The notes under the pieces were generated by a model. That model saw only the letters and a list, made by a program, of their open reading frames with translations, did not search any database and had not been told where the DNA came from. A program made the position numbers and the translations under genes. Shown here piece by piece: positions 12,001-25,200 of a stretch of 37,566 nt of DNA (position 1 is its first letter; each line of letters opens with the position of its first letter). The stretch comes from Lenisia limosa (taxonomy: Eukaryota > Protista > Breviatea), in the NCBI GenBank assembly GCA_001655205.1, contig LPNZ01009981.1:1-37566 (forward strand), written 5' to 3'.

Positions 12001-15000
12001 CCGACAGGGCAAATATCGCCATTGACTGTTGGGCGGGCAATTGTCGTGCCACCTGAACAGTACCATCCCTCGTCACATGGACCTGTGATTGCTGAACCTG
12101 GGGAACTGCCATCACAGTAAAAGCCCGGGGAGCAGGATTGGCAGTCTTCCACACGTTCTAACCCGGCGAGAAGAGAGGCGCTACCAGTTGGACAAAGAAC
12201 AGGCATTGTTGAGGCCTGTAAACAGTAATAACCGGCTGGACACTCACCGCCGTCTTTGGAAGCCAAGCCCAAAGTACAAGCATCATCACCACAACCGATG
12301 GTACAATATTGCCCCGCAGAACACTCGGGACCAACAGCAGACATCGCGGTTGTAGGACAATAGTGACCTCCCGAACATGGTGTACATTGGTCGACATTAA
12401 AAAGATCGGTAGAAGCAGAAAATGATCCAATAGGGCACGATGATGGACTAACTCCTGTCCCGTTTGGACAGAAATGTCCGGTAGAACAGTCAGCCGGTAT
12501 GATAGTGGTTGGTCCACATTGTTTACCGGCAGGGCACGACACACATTCTGACAACCCAATAGTACCACTATACATCCCTGCCACACATGGTAAGGGATCA
12601 GCAGTACCAAAGCCCGTTGATGAAACGTCTCCGGGACAATAATGTCCCTCGGGACAGGGGCCACCATTTACGGATGCCATGGGTTGGGCTGTTTGTTGGG
12701 CAGTCTTACACCAATAACCGGGTTCACAGGGGCCTGACGCTGCCCCAAGGCCTAAAATAGTGAAAGCGAGATAAAATTTTAATCATATTCAAATAGCAGT
12801 ATTTTTTTATGCTTGATGATGTATCCTACACTCACCGACCCAACATACCAAGAGAAGCACAGAACTGTCCAGCGGGACAATCTTCACAGAGAACTGGGTC
12901 TGTTGCACCAGATGATGGAAGAATCTTGCCGATGGCACATGGTAAGGGGTTAATTGTTCCGGCGGAGCATGTATGACCTGGAGGGCATGGTCCACCACCT
13001 TGGCTTGTTGACGCAGGGGCTGAAAGAAACGCCCCGCCACTACAGTAATATCCAGCTTGGCAGTCTCCAGCGGGCGTTCCCATTCCGGGAATGTCACAGT
13101 ATTGACCTGGAGGAAATTAAATACTGTTGTTGACCCATTTCATTTCCGTGTGTCTTTTCCAATTCCCCATCCCCCTTCATAGTTACATTTCAATAAGAAT
13201 GACGGGTAATGTAAAGTGTATTTCCGTTTAACATGAAATAATAATAACAAACAACCAACATACCTGGGGGACACAGAGCGCACTGGGTGGAGTTCGAGAG
13301 GTTGATAGCTGACGACGCGGTTCCAATTGGGCAAAGTTGTGGGGAGTCAGTCCCAAGGGGACAATAACGGCCGGCCGGGCAATCCAGGTAAATCTGGGTA
13401 CCAAGTCCCGGGCAGTAGTATCCTGACGGACAGTCTTGGCAAGCACTCTGGCCCGACTCAGTTGTGTAAGTACCAGGAGGACATAGTGTGTGGTTAGCTG
13501 CAGCGGCCTCACTGTAAGAACCTGGTGCATGAGAGAGGGACGGTAACATTACAATTGAAAATTTATTAGATTTATTAGTTTAGAGAGTTTGAATATATTA
13601 GAGTCATCATATGTTTGCAAAAAAAGTTTACAAATTGAGGAATGGACAAATAACATACCTGGTGGAGTAATATGCTGCATGGGGCTTTCAGCCGTACCAT
13701 CACAGTAGAACCCAGCTTGGCATTCACCAGTCACGGTTGCAAGTCCATTGGCTTCGCAATAGTAACCGGCGGTACACGGGTTACAGTCTATGAGGGCAGC
13801 AACACCGGTTCCAGGAGCAAATGTACCACGTGGACAAGGTTGCGGCGCGGCTGAGCCAGTAACACAGTAATGCCCAACAGGACAAATGTCCCCTGTGAAG
13901 TCGCCAGTGGGTGCTGATGATGACGCTGTTGTGATGCAGTAGTAGCCTTGGAGACAGTCGGCTGTGGGGGACGTGAGTGCTATGCCGTTGCAGTACTGGC
14001 CGCCTGGGCAAGAGACGCACTCGGAGAGGCTTCGGAGACCGGTCACATTACTGAAGGTTCCTGAGGGTGTCAATACGGTTATTTTATGGACTCAAGAAAA
14101 CTTTTCCAAAACACGAAGAATAATTATTGAATAGCAAACCTGGAGGACAGCCCTCAGCAGCAGTACTTGACTCAACACAGTAGAAGCCCATGGGACAAGG
14201 AAGCGGCTCTTCCATTCCCCAAGTCAGACAGATAGTTCCGGCTGGGCATGGCGTACACGCAGCAGCTAAGCGTTCACCTTCCACACTGTTATAGTATCCT
14301 GGAGCACAGGCGTTCTGGGTTGGCGAGTCGGAACCCGCAAGGCACCAATGTCCCTTTTGACACAATCCATCAGGTGCATCCAAACCCCCACTGCAGAAGC
14401 GACCAGCAGGGCATTCAAGGCAGTCCGTAATGACTTCTCCAAGAAGACTGGGGTTATAGTACCCGGGTATGCACGGGACGGGGGCTGCAACGGCTTCAGG
14501 GCAGTAGTGTCCCACGGGACAAGGATCAATTTGCCCTGTCGGAACGTGGTCGGTCCCAAGTGGGCATGTCATGCTTTTTGGGCATCTATTGAGGGCCATT
14601 TCAGCATCAGACGTGCCTTCTTGGTGACAGTAGAATCCTGCCGAGCACGACGAGCAAACTGACTGACCTGAAGGTGAATATTCTCCAATGAGGCAAGGAT
14701 CTGGAGTGATAGTTGTACCCGTGCATTTATATCCAGCTGGGCAGGCAGCGCAGCTCAAAAGGGCAGTTCCTCCTGTAGCTTCCCGATACGTGCCTGGGGG
14801 GCAAGACGCCGGGGTAGTGGAAGGACTTTCGCAAAAGTATCCTGAAACATTAAGAATGGCAACAACAAAGTGCAATAATTCAACAAAACAAGTAAAAATG
14901 TGATTTGTAACATATTTTGCTAGTATGACCCAAACTGTTGGCCAGTCTCGTAAATAATAGCATAATCTTTCAAGCTGGAAATGACGGGTTTCTATCAATC

Positions 15001-18000
15001 ATATTAAATGAAGAAATTTCGTCATACCTGCAGGGCACGAGGTGCACTCATAGCTGGCAACAAGATCGGTTGCTGCGGTATAGGTACCACTTGGACAGGG
15101 ATATGATGTTGCGGTGGGAGTGGACTCAGGGCAGTAATGACCAGTTGCACAAGGGCCGGAAATTGCTGAGTCTCCACCCAGGCAGAAAGAGCCTGGAAAA
15201 TCAGTAATTGCCCAGTATACCAGGATACGTGAAACAATAAAGCAATATGGATTTTATAGATTTGGACCCCCCCCCCCCCNNNNNNNNNNNNNNNNNNNNN
15301 NNNNNNNNNNNNNNNNNNNNNNNNNNNNNNNNNNNNNNNNNNNNNNNNNNNNNNNNNNNNNNNNNNNNNNNNNTGCAAAACTTGCAATGTGTTGCTCAAC
15401 CCACCCTGAGTACAACTGTAGCATTCACTTGAGGCTGTGAGCGACACCATTGGAGAATATGTTCCTGTGTGTGATAAACTGTTTGGAACAAAAAAAAACG
15501 GTCTGCCATACAGGGAATAATTTACATGGTACATTATCTCTTATGGTGTACTGCTCAAATCCAGTTGAGAAAAAAGCACAACATACCTGGGAGACAAGGG
15601 AATGAATTGGGTGTTGGTGTGCCTAAGGGGCAATAGAAACCCGCAGCACAAGGCAGCGACGAGCTGGCCCACTTTCCCGTTCCGGCAGCACATGCACGGC
15701 CGGCGGGACAAGTTGTGCAGTCTTCGGCTCGGATGAGAGAAGTTTCGCCAGTGTAGGTTCCGGCCAAACATGGGTAATCCGTGGGGTTGACAGTGCCTAA
15801 GGGGCAATAGTGACCCTCTGCGCACGGCGTTGAGGGGAGTGACAGGCCAGAGGTCGGGCATGATTGACCTAAAGAGAGTAGGGTAGTGAATGAATGAATC
15901 ATATTGAACTAAAAGACTCCATAAGACATAAAATATGTATGTAAGAAGAAAGAAAAGTATAGAGATGTTGAAATGACCACATTTCAAATGACATTGGGAG
16001 GAGGCAAACCTGGAGTACAATCTTCACAAGAGAGGACGTTAACACCTCCGATGACAGATCTAAAGGTTCCCGCAGGGCAGGGTGTTGGAGATATCGAGCC
16101 AGCTGGACAGTAGTTTCCAGTGGGACACTCTGAACAATCCGAAGCATCCTAGATAGTCAATTTCATATTCAAAAATTGCCTGGGTCTGCTTTTTTGTATA
16201 GTTTATATTAATGTGGTTCATTGAACATCTTAACGAGATCTAGCCACCCACCACTAAACCTGAGACGGAACCAGTGTACTTTCCAGCAGGACACGAGACG
16301 CCAGTTCCAGGAACAATCGTAGATGGGGTGGAACCTTAGCGCGTCAGATGAGTAATACTCACATTTATACACATCTACCAAAGAAGTAATCACATTTATG
16401 AAAAAAAGATACCAAGCTCGGACTTGTTTTGATACATAAAGACGGGAAACTAATGATCCTTGATGTTGTTATCCGTTACTGGGGGTGGGCGGAGAAATAA
16501 ATATCAATATGAAACCTCTGAAAGGAGAGAACCATATCGCCTTACCATACCTGGTCCGCAAAGGTAGCCAGCAGGGCAGAGTAAACTATCATCAATGCAA
16601 GCCTGGGGGCAGTACGATCCGGACGGGCATTGGAGACACGCGGATATGAGGGATGATCCATGCTCAGAGTTATAGGTTCCTGCAAGGCAGTCTAAAGCAG
16701 TTGGTAATGTCTAAATTACATTTCTAAAATTAATAGACAAGAAACGAAGTAAAATAAATATTGACAAGTCAAACTACTTGCAATGTGAAATCTGACTAAT
16801 GACATTCATATCAAATCATATTTAAAAGGCTTTTCTGTTTCTTTGACATTCACTACAGAAACAGACACCGTGTCAATGTAACCCAAACACTTTTCTCAAA
16901 ATATGATTAAAACTTCAACTCAAGCAACATATACGAGGCTTTGATTGCTTTTTTCAAAATTTAACGAGGAGGGAGAGTAAAACATACCAGTAGAAATTCC
17001 ACCACTGCACCAATGGCCTGGTTGGCAAAGGTTGTCAGAGAGCATTTCAAAGTAGGTCAGAGCAAGACTCTGGGCAGGGTGTTAACAGCAAATCCAGTAA
17101 ATAATCATATCATTTGTTATTCTCCCCACAAGCATCTATTATGACAGATAATCATATATAGTATCATCAAAAAAATATGGCGAAGGTGGCGAAAAAACAA
17201 AAACTACTCAATTCTGATAAAGAAACGCACAAAACCTCAAACGTTGCAAAAATAACCCGCGGTGCACGCTTCACAGGCTAATGCCTGGGTGGCCTGGCCT
17301 GATAAGCGGCCGAATGTCAGGACTGGACACGGAATGGGCTGTGGTGATAATGCCTAGATGGTTAACAAGGGTGGTAATGCCTGAGGAGTTAGAGTCGAGT
17401 CGTAGGAGTGTAAAAATGCCATTTCAAGAAAATACTGTCTGTGGAAATAAGAAAAGCATGAAAAAGCCGACAGATGTGATAGAAACCATTTCGAGCACCC
17501 CCCCCCCCCNNNNNNNNNNNNNNNNNNNNNNNNNNNNNNNNNNNNNNNNNNNNNNNNNNNNNNNNNNNNNNNNNNNNNNNNNNNNNNNNNNNNNNNNNNN
17601 NNNNNNNNNNNNNNNNNNNNNNNNNNNNNNNNNNNNNNNNNNNNNNNNNNNNNNNNNNNNNNNNNNNNNNNNNNNNNNNNNNNNNNNNNNNNNNNNNTTT
17701 TTGAGAAATATTATTTGCGCTTTTCTTTTTTTTAAAAAAGAAAACAAGTTGTGAAGAGGAAACAAGTTGTGAAAAGAAAACAAGTTGTAAAAAGAAGAAA
17801 ACAAGTTGTAAAAAGAACAAGTTAAAAGAAAACAAGTTGTAAAAATTCCCAATAGTATCCATGTCACCTCAAAAAAACAACCCCGACCCCCTTCCCACCA
17901 GCTGGACACGTGGAACAAGACACTCCAACAGATCCGGATATCGCGTACGATCCTGCTAAGCATGCCACGGCCGCTGAGCTAAAACCGATTACAGATTCTC

Positions 18001-20619
18001 ATTTAACACGCTTCTAAAATTGGCAAATTATATATGAAAAACACATAAAGATGATTGCGCAAAAGAGAAAATGTAAATAGTAACAAAATAAACAGCTCAT
18101 TCCCCCCCCCCTACCCTGCCGTAGGACAGATANNNNNNNNNNNNNNNNNNNNNNNNNNNNNNNNNNNNNNNNNNNNNNNNNNNNNNNNNNNNNNNNNNNN
18201 NNNNNNNNNNNNNNNNNNNNNNNNNNNNNNNNNCGCTTGCGCCACCCGTACTGTGCGTACCCTTGGGACACGGGACTGCGATTGACGAATACGTATCAGG
18301 GCAGAAAGACCCTGTTTTATCAGACCTTGGAAAACGGCACTTGCATTCCCTTCAAGATATCATTCTAATGCTCTGCTGAAAAAAAACAAACAGGAACAGA
18401 ACTAGGCAAACACAACTCTTCAACACACTACAGCCTCCCTCATACCAGAAGGACAGGGCGTGCACGTTGCCTGATTGCCCGAACTGTATGTTCCTGGGGT
18501 GCATGCAACGACGTTGGCAGCAGTCGTATCAGGACACGCGTGCCCAGGGGGACAGTCCTAGACAATTACGAAAACACATCAGAATATGAAAACAGTGATG
18601 ATAATTCATTAACTTTTGGAAATGTTGTTGAGAATGCTTCTTGACTGGTTGGTTTGATATGACTTGCTGGATGGAACGTGGAATTATATGAAGATTGCTC
18701 AAAAAGGATGGGGTCATACAACAGTTAATATAATCTTTGTAGCGATTAAAAAAATTGCACAAGTATCTGGTCAAACAAAAAAAAGGAATACGAAGCATGG
18801 TTCTATGAAAAAAATCAAATACATCTTTACCCTGATCATCATAATTATCGATTACATATTCTGCCCCAGCAAACGACACAATGTGCCGCACCCTCGACAC
18901 TATAGGTCCCAGCAGGACATGAAACTGATGGAGATGTATCAACCCTGTCACACTCCGATCCTGCTGCACACAACTGTTGATAGTGAAGCATGTCACTTGC
19001 TCAATTTTATCGGAGTTAATTAAAAAAAAAAAAGCACCCACAGTTGTCAATATAAACAATTCAGAATATATCAAAATAATCAAATATATTGTGAGAGGAG
19101 GAGAGTAAAAATTGAAATTATTTAAAACAAATACAACAAAAACCGACGCTATTCGCTTAGCTTGTGAAACAATAGATGACAACAAAACAAAACGAAATAA
19201 AAACAGCGCAGGTTACAAAACAGTCAAGTTGCACGCTCACAGTACAAGAGGACGCACCACCGGCTGAATAAGATCCGGGTGAGCACGGCTGTGGAGGCAG
19301 GGACGGATCACTACACTCAGACCCCGCAGGACATGGCGAGCAAATATCATCACCATCAAGTGAATATGTTCCTGGAGTTATAAAAATTATGCTCAGAGGC
19401 TGTAAAAGGGTGGAATGACTGCACTTCATGTTTTATTATTTTAATACACCACCAATTTGTGCAAAAACAAATTTTCAAGAATTCATTTAATTTTCTGAAA
19501 CAATAGTTCAAACTGAAGGTTGTTCTAAGCCACCAGCGTATTTCATATACATTCACAATGGGATTTTAACACAATTCTCAAGACTCATTGCATCTAACCT
19601 GGTGTGCACGCAGAGGGCGTGCCTGAGGCGCTAACACATCCAAAGCCCCGGGGACAAGGCTGGCATTCCACTTCAGCAAGGCCTGAATACTACAATGTCA
19701 GTCCAAACCATCAGCCTGGAGTGGGGCTATCATTCGAAGTGCTAGTTACCACTGTTGGCATACATATCCAGCAGGACAAGCCGTGGGGAGAAGTTCGGGG
19801 GTAGCACAAAAGCTGCCAGCCGGACATTCAGTGCAGGATGACTCGCCCAGACCAGAGTATTGCCCTGATACTGATGGGTGGGTAAAGAATTAATTGTGGA
19901 AGAAAAATTGGTGTCTCTGTGTGTGTTTGGTGTCAAGCAAGACAATAATGAGTCTTATTTAGCATATTAGCCCAAGAAACCTATTTTCCAATTGTTACTA
20001 ATACTGTTTCCAAACGTAGGTAGAAACGTGCAATTGAAATAATAAAAACAAAATAAAAAATGATGCCAAGTAAACCATCGAATATTTCCAGGCTCAAATT
20101 TATAATTTATAAAGTTAATGATTCCTTATTGTGTGAATACTCTAACGCAACGTCAACAACTTCTATTAGTACACTCACCGGAACAAGGTACAGGAAGTTC
20201 GTTCATGTTGGGACAGCTGTAGCCGGCAGGACAAGGTCGACACGAAGTCTGGCCGTATGCTGTGGAGTACTCTCCTGTTTCACAATCCTGCCCGGGTGAA
20301 CCGTAGGCAGCAGACGAGGGCCAAAATTAATGGCCACATTTGTACGAGAACTCATATTTCCCGCCTTACTTTACATGTTGAAATATGAGATGCTCCAATT
20401 GAAGGGGAGTAGGTGCCCGGAGAACAAGAATGGAGACTACCACCAGTGCAGCTATTACGTTAGATATGAAAATACTCCCTGTTTATCTCACTATGAGCCA
20501 CTTGGGCAACTTAGACAAAGGGCTCCAAACTCATAGGTACCTGGAGCACAAACTGAAACGCAAATAGGGAGGATAACCAGAATAGCTAGCCACGCTAAAT
20601 CTATTTGAAGAGACTTCAT
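1..20619 (-). CDS. Giant Cys-rich (GCC2/GCC3 / ephrin-receptor-like repeat) type I membrane protein with a long cytoplasmic DPxTG-repeat and coiled-coil tail; about 50 exons; 3'-partial
   Basis: ATG at 20619 starts a signal-peptide-like MKSLQIDLAWLAILVILPICVSVC. Dozens of CxxCPxGxYC...PxxCPxG repeats run across exons from 20545 to about 9450 (ORFs 14084-14998, 13549-14073, 8298-12680). One hydrophobic segment WFLMMMIFGALTALFFILAFILFFI (8670-8744) is followed by RWR. The frame can be continued through GT-AG junctions down to position 1 (last visible exon KHLLAAAEASLLETLSQPGLTAEQKSL). A few junctions (near 1750-1960, 4750-4950, 17350-17900, 18130-18230) are ambiguous or hidden by N-gaps. Confidence 0.9.
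4294..4462. repeat. 29-bp direct repeat (1 mismatch) within one intron of the giant gene
   Basis: cctttgccaactctattctgctg(c/t)tctaa at 4294-4322 and 4434-4462. Confidence 0.9.
5882..5893 (-). CDS. 12-nt micro-exon of the giant gene
   Basis: ttacag|TAAGGGTGATTG|gtatgt joins a phase-1 upstream exon (...DAVV c) to a phase-1 downstream exon, giving DAVV-LRVIE-SAWDSVCRTINVLCK. Confidence 0.6.
8323..12751 (-). CDS. 4,429-nt single exon of the giant gene (Cys repeats, juxtamembrane domain, TM helix, start of tail)
   Basis: Acceptor ttttag|gc at 12751 and donor ag|gtatgt at 8323; matches the 1,460-aa open frame 8298-12680. Confidence 0.9.
17741..17842. repeat. Intronic minisatellite, six ACAAGTT cores with about 15-21 nt period
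   Basis: Repeated (a)aaacaagttgt units separated by A/G-rich spacers. Confidence 0.85.
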
Positions 20620-21092
20620 CACGAATTATGGGACTCAAAAGCCCCAAGCAACCCTCGTTTTAGAAGAATGTTATCGTTAAGCGCATTTTGTTTGAAATAG
20701 TCATTCTTTTTTACTTTAAATTATGTAATTATGTAATTATATTAATATACAAAGATAATATAGATAGTTTTGGATATTTTGCAAAAAAAATTGATACTCA
20801 ATCAAAAGTGTATATCTTTATTAGAGGATTCTACTAATAAGATATTTTATTCAAAAACCAGCGTAAAATCAAAATAATTTATTCAAAAATATCCAGTCAA
20901 AAATATTTACGGTTTATGTTCATCTTATAAAGAAAATTTCCAAATATTTTCTCAGATTTTCTCATCAACTAGAAGATTATAGGTGACAAACGAAGCTGTG
21001 TTTATCTGACACTTAAATATTATATTATATTCACGGAGAGAACTCGACTTTATATGATAGTGTAATATTTTGTTCAATTTCCGTTCATCACA
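20620..21092. promoter_or_regulatory. Putative bidirectional promoter, giant gene / CPTP-like (473 bp, very AT-rich)
   Basis: Non-coding AT-rich spacer between divergent start codons. Confidence 0.6.
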
Positions 21093-22130
21093 ATGGGTAA
21101 AGGCGAAATTTTCACGATCGAACTTGTTATTGAAGCGTTCAAAAAGATCCACATTGAATCCGCTCTCCTAGAAGCCAATGCGAACCTTGAATGTCTCGAA
21201 ACTTCCCCTTCTGGAGTACCCCTTATTCCCAGAGAGGCCGATGTTGAGTTAGATTCATTCTGTGGAGCATTGGACGCGCTTATGAAGATGTTCAGTGTTC
21301 TTGGTCGTGCTTTTGGGTTTGTTTCCGCTGACGTTCATGACAAGACTGGAATCCTTCGCAAACTCCGTGAAAAGGCCAATGATGATGGAACCGACCCTTT
21401 CAGGGGGCTCAAGCCACTTGTAATGGTAAGCCTTACAGACCATGGAATTCCATTGACCTTTGTCAGAGTGATGTTGAAAACGGAACTACGAGGGCCAACA
21501 AGTCTGGGGCTCGCACGCTGTTGAGATTAGCCTGGGCCAACGAATTCATTGGGGATATGCTCAAGGAGATCAGGAGCTGTATGTTGGGAGGTTTTTTTTT
21601 TTTTTTTTTTTTTNNNNNNNNNNNNNNNNNNNNNNNNNNNNNNNNNNNNNNNNNNNNNNNNNNNNNNNNNNNNNNNNNNNNNNNNNNNNNNNNNNNNNNN
21701 NNNNNGAGTCCCTTCACACCAACGCCAGTGATGCTTATAACCGCACACTGTACAACCATCATCCTTGGATTGTTAGAAAGGTAGGGGGGTGGGGTGAGAC
21801 TTTTTTCAACCGGAGGGGCATGACCTCATATTGTGACTTCAGAGCTTCATTCCCTAGACTGTTGCAGCAGCACTCTACACACTCCCCTGCAGAGCAAAGT
21901 TCCTGGCTTCTGTGCACTTAGAGTAGGCGTGAGGAAATTGTCCATTGTTTTGGAGGAAAATTATGTGTTTGGTAGTCTTGATGCGAGCTTGGAATTCCAA
22001 TTATTTGCATTTGACAGAGTTTAGTGAGGAGTCAAAGAATGAGCCTTTTGATGAGTTGATCGCGCTTTCTGACCCTATTCTTGGTCTCCTTGATTTTTAC
22101 GAAGAGCACGATTTACTTGGTATCATTTAA
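21093..22130 (+). CDS. CPTP: GLTP-domain lipid transfer protein, CPTP/ACD11 (ceramide-1-phosphate transfer) type; 5 exons
   Basis: Spliced protein contains FGFVSADVHDKTGIL, SGARTLLRLAWA, AYNRTLYNHHPWIVRK and C-terminal FYEEHDLL, the motifs of the GLTP fold. Introns start gtaagc, gtatgt, gtaggg and gtaggc. The N-gap 21614-21704 hides an acceptor. Stop TAA at 22128-22130. Confidence 0.8.
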
Positions 22131-22266
22131 AAGGTTTTATTATGTTGTTTCTTTTGTTTCTAAGTCCATTTCATTGTTTCCACGTTTTCTTGCATCTGAT
22201 GTACAAGTATATCTCCTTAACCAGGCCAAAACAAGGTAAAGAAAGTTGAATAATAACCAAAAACCA

Positions 22267-25200
22267 TTATCTACGAAGGTAAGTCGCAACAGCACGTTCC
22301 AATGTTCGGACAGCAAGCTTGATTTGAGTGACGCTGTGTCCGGCACCAACAGTGACGCGGATGGAGGGTGCAGGTGTTTCCATTTCCAGTGGGGAGTATT
22401 GGGGGACAATCATGAGAACCCCGTTTGCGCGGCACTGGAAAGTCGTTATCAAAACATCTTAAACGTAACACTAATAAGCATCAAAGGAGCCTTATAATAC
22501 ACAATAATGGTGCAGGGTTCTGACATGAAGTACACGGTAACATACCATGAGGCAAATGTCACGAAGAGCGTTCTCAGCATCTTCCTGGCTTGCAAAGTGG
22601 CGGTCTAGGGTCACGTGCATGATGGGGAGGCCACCAGTACCAGTCACGATAATTCCAGGAATCTAATGGTGTAAGATAGTGGTGGATGTTGTATCTCAGA
22701 CGACACACTTAGAAAGATAATACAAGGCGAGAAGAAACATAAAAGAATAGAGCAATGAGAAAAAAAAAATAAGGTTGTTGTATCTGGCCGAAGCTCATAA
22801 TATTAATTCACCCGTACCTTGTCAAGACCTGCACGGAGAATCTGAGCGTTCTTTGAAAGGATCTCCAGACATGAGGCATCTTGTTCCAGTGACTTGAGGG
22901 TCTCAATCACAGCTATATGTATCAGTTTAGTCAAGTAACTCGCTGGCACGCAATGGTACCCCCCCAACTGTATTAAATTAAAAATCTCAACGTATGAACA
23001 CTGATACTATTAATTAATCATGAAATAGAAAATAAAATTAGTTAATTGCATTCCACAGACGCCCCTCAAACGTCCAGCCAGAAGGGGAGGGAGAGAAGCA
23101 GAGAAGCAGTATCCCTTGCTGGAGAGTCGCTGATGATCCACAACTTCCTATATCGACAATAAGAAACGTGTATAGATGAAGAAATTCGGAATAACTTGTT
23201 TTTAAGAAAATATTATGTGAATCTGGAACCCAAAAATTGAATCCCAAGTTTCAATTTTTACCCCCCCCCCCCACATTGCTACCGCAGCAGAAGCCGCCAA
23301 CAGAGCCGAAAGCCTGACCCAGGGATCCGCAAATCACGTCAATTTCCTTGGGCTGGGGGGGTCAGATCTGGTGAAAGAGTCATATCTACATACTAAATAT
23401 ATGAACTGTTTTGAACTACCTCCCCTTGCGATGTAAAATATGTAGTGTATGTTATTGTACTAAATGCCTTTTTCAAAGAATAGAACCTCAGAAAAAAAGC
23501 CCCAGCAGACGTCAATTCCATAGAACGAAGTGAGACCGCGGCCGTTGCGGCCAATAACACCAATACTCGATGACTCGTCAAGGATAATACGGAACTTGTA
23601 CTTGTTAGCGAGAGCCTTGACTTCAGGAAGTGGGCAGAGATCTGTGTTGTCAGTAGGAATGCTACTTGTAAGAATGCTAAGTTGTTCTTTAGACCCTAAC
23701 CAACCAGCATGGCGGGTGTAAAGTCCGTCAACAACAACAAAGCGACGATGAACCACACGCTTGTTCTAGATATAAATTACAGGNNNNNNNNNNNNNNNNN
23801 NNNNACGGCATTTTTTGGATACATAATCATCCATATTTTTCCATCATTAAAAGGAAAAAAAAATATGAAAATACCAAGACATACCTTCTTGTCATTTTCA
23901 ATCACAGCCTGGAGAGTACGCTCAAGGTCCTCCATATCATTGTGCCTGATGGTAAAACATAGTTTAGCATCAACATGAAATACCAATTAAAACAATAGCA
24001 GCAACAAGGGGGGGGGGGGGNNNNNNNNNNNNNNNNNNNNNNNNNNNNNNNNNNNNNNNNNNNNNNNNNNNNGAGGTCTACTCCAGTCTGGGTAGCAAGA
24101 CAAACGCCATCATCACTGGAATTGTAAATTACAAAAACGCAGTTAGCTGTGTGATTGTAGTTGTGGCGCAATATCTGCTCTTCCCTTCCAGCGTACCACA
24201 CGATCTGATCACCTCTCTTGGAGAAGGCAGGAATGGCAGAAGACACGGTCGCGAAGCTGTAGGTGAAGAGAAGAGCCGCTTCCGACCCGACGAAATCGGC
24301 AAGGCACTCTTCAATCTTTAGATGGGGTTCAAGGGTACCGTAGAAACCACGGGGCCCGCAGGTTCCACATCCGTATTTGTCAACTTCGGCAATGGCAGCA
24401 GCCTGTGGAGGGTGAAATGGACGAAAATGCGTTGTTAGTGAAAGTGCTGTGATTAATCAGAAGTAACACTTAACAAATTCCAGTACAGAATATCAGGGGA
24501 AAGGAAGTAATGTAAAAGCAAATGATGCGAAGCGCCAAACACAACAAAAAGCAAAAAAAGGGAAAAAGGAAAGGAGGGCTGTTTTTTTTTAATAAATAAT
24601 TGTCGGTATGATATACATATACGCAAAACTTTGAAATGAATAAATGCAGAAGGAAAGATATAAGAAGGCAATATCCATCAAAACAAATTAAATTAAAGCA
24701 GGTTGCGGTTGGAGAACCTGGCTCGGACGTGCTGTCTATCTCTGCCCTCCGTCCACAAACCTCAAGAGTACGGTCACCAATCAAATCAAGGAAATTGTAA
24801 GAGGAAAAGTCGACCATTTGCTTGCCTCCCATTGTACAGACGGTTTTGAGAGGACTATAACAGTTAGATATGAGAAGCAAAATATGGTTGTTAACACAGT
24901 ATAAGCATACCCTTCCAAAGCCAAAGTTTCATCAAGTCTACGTTTCTGAATAGCAGTGGGCTCTTCAGCAAGGGGGAGGGGCTTCCAGGTGGCAATTAGT
25001 TCCTCCTCCTCCTAAACAAGTTGTGAGATTAATTTGTGTCCGAGGTGGAACAAACTTCAGGAGTCAGTAGCTTCTTTTGTTTCTTCGGCTTCCTCAAAAA
25101 CAAAAAAATGATTGCTCCAATCAAAAAGAGCTCGCCGATAACATGGGTGGGACTATCCTGGTAGATTTCAACCAACTTGTCAGACCACCACTTCATCAAA

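Noticed and set aside
17230-17500. GC-richer block in a long intron as an ncRNA or mobile insertion
   Set aside because: Most of it is an exon of the giant gene (ALSPQPIPCPVLTFGRLSGQATQALACEACTAGYFCN); no terminal repeats or target-site duplications.
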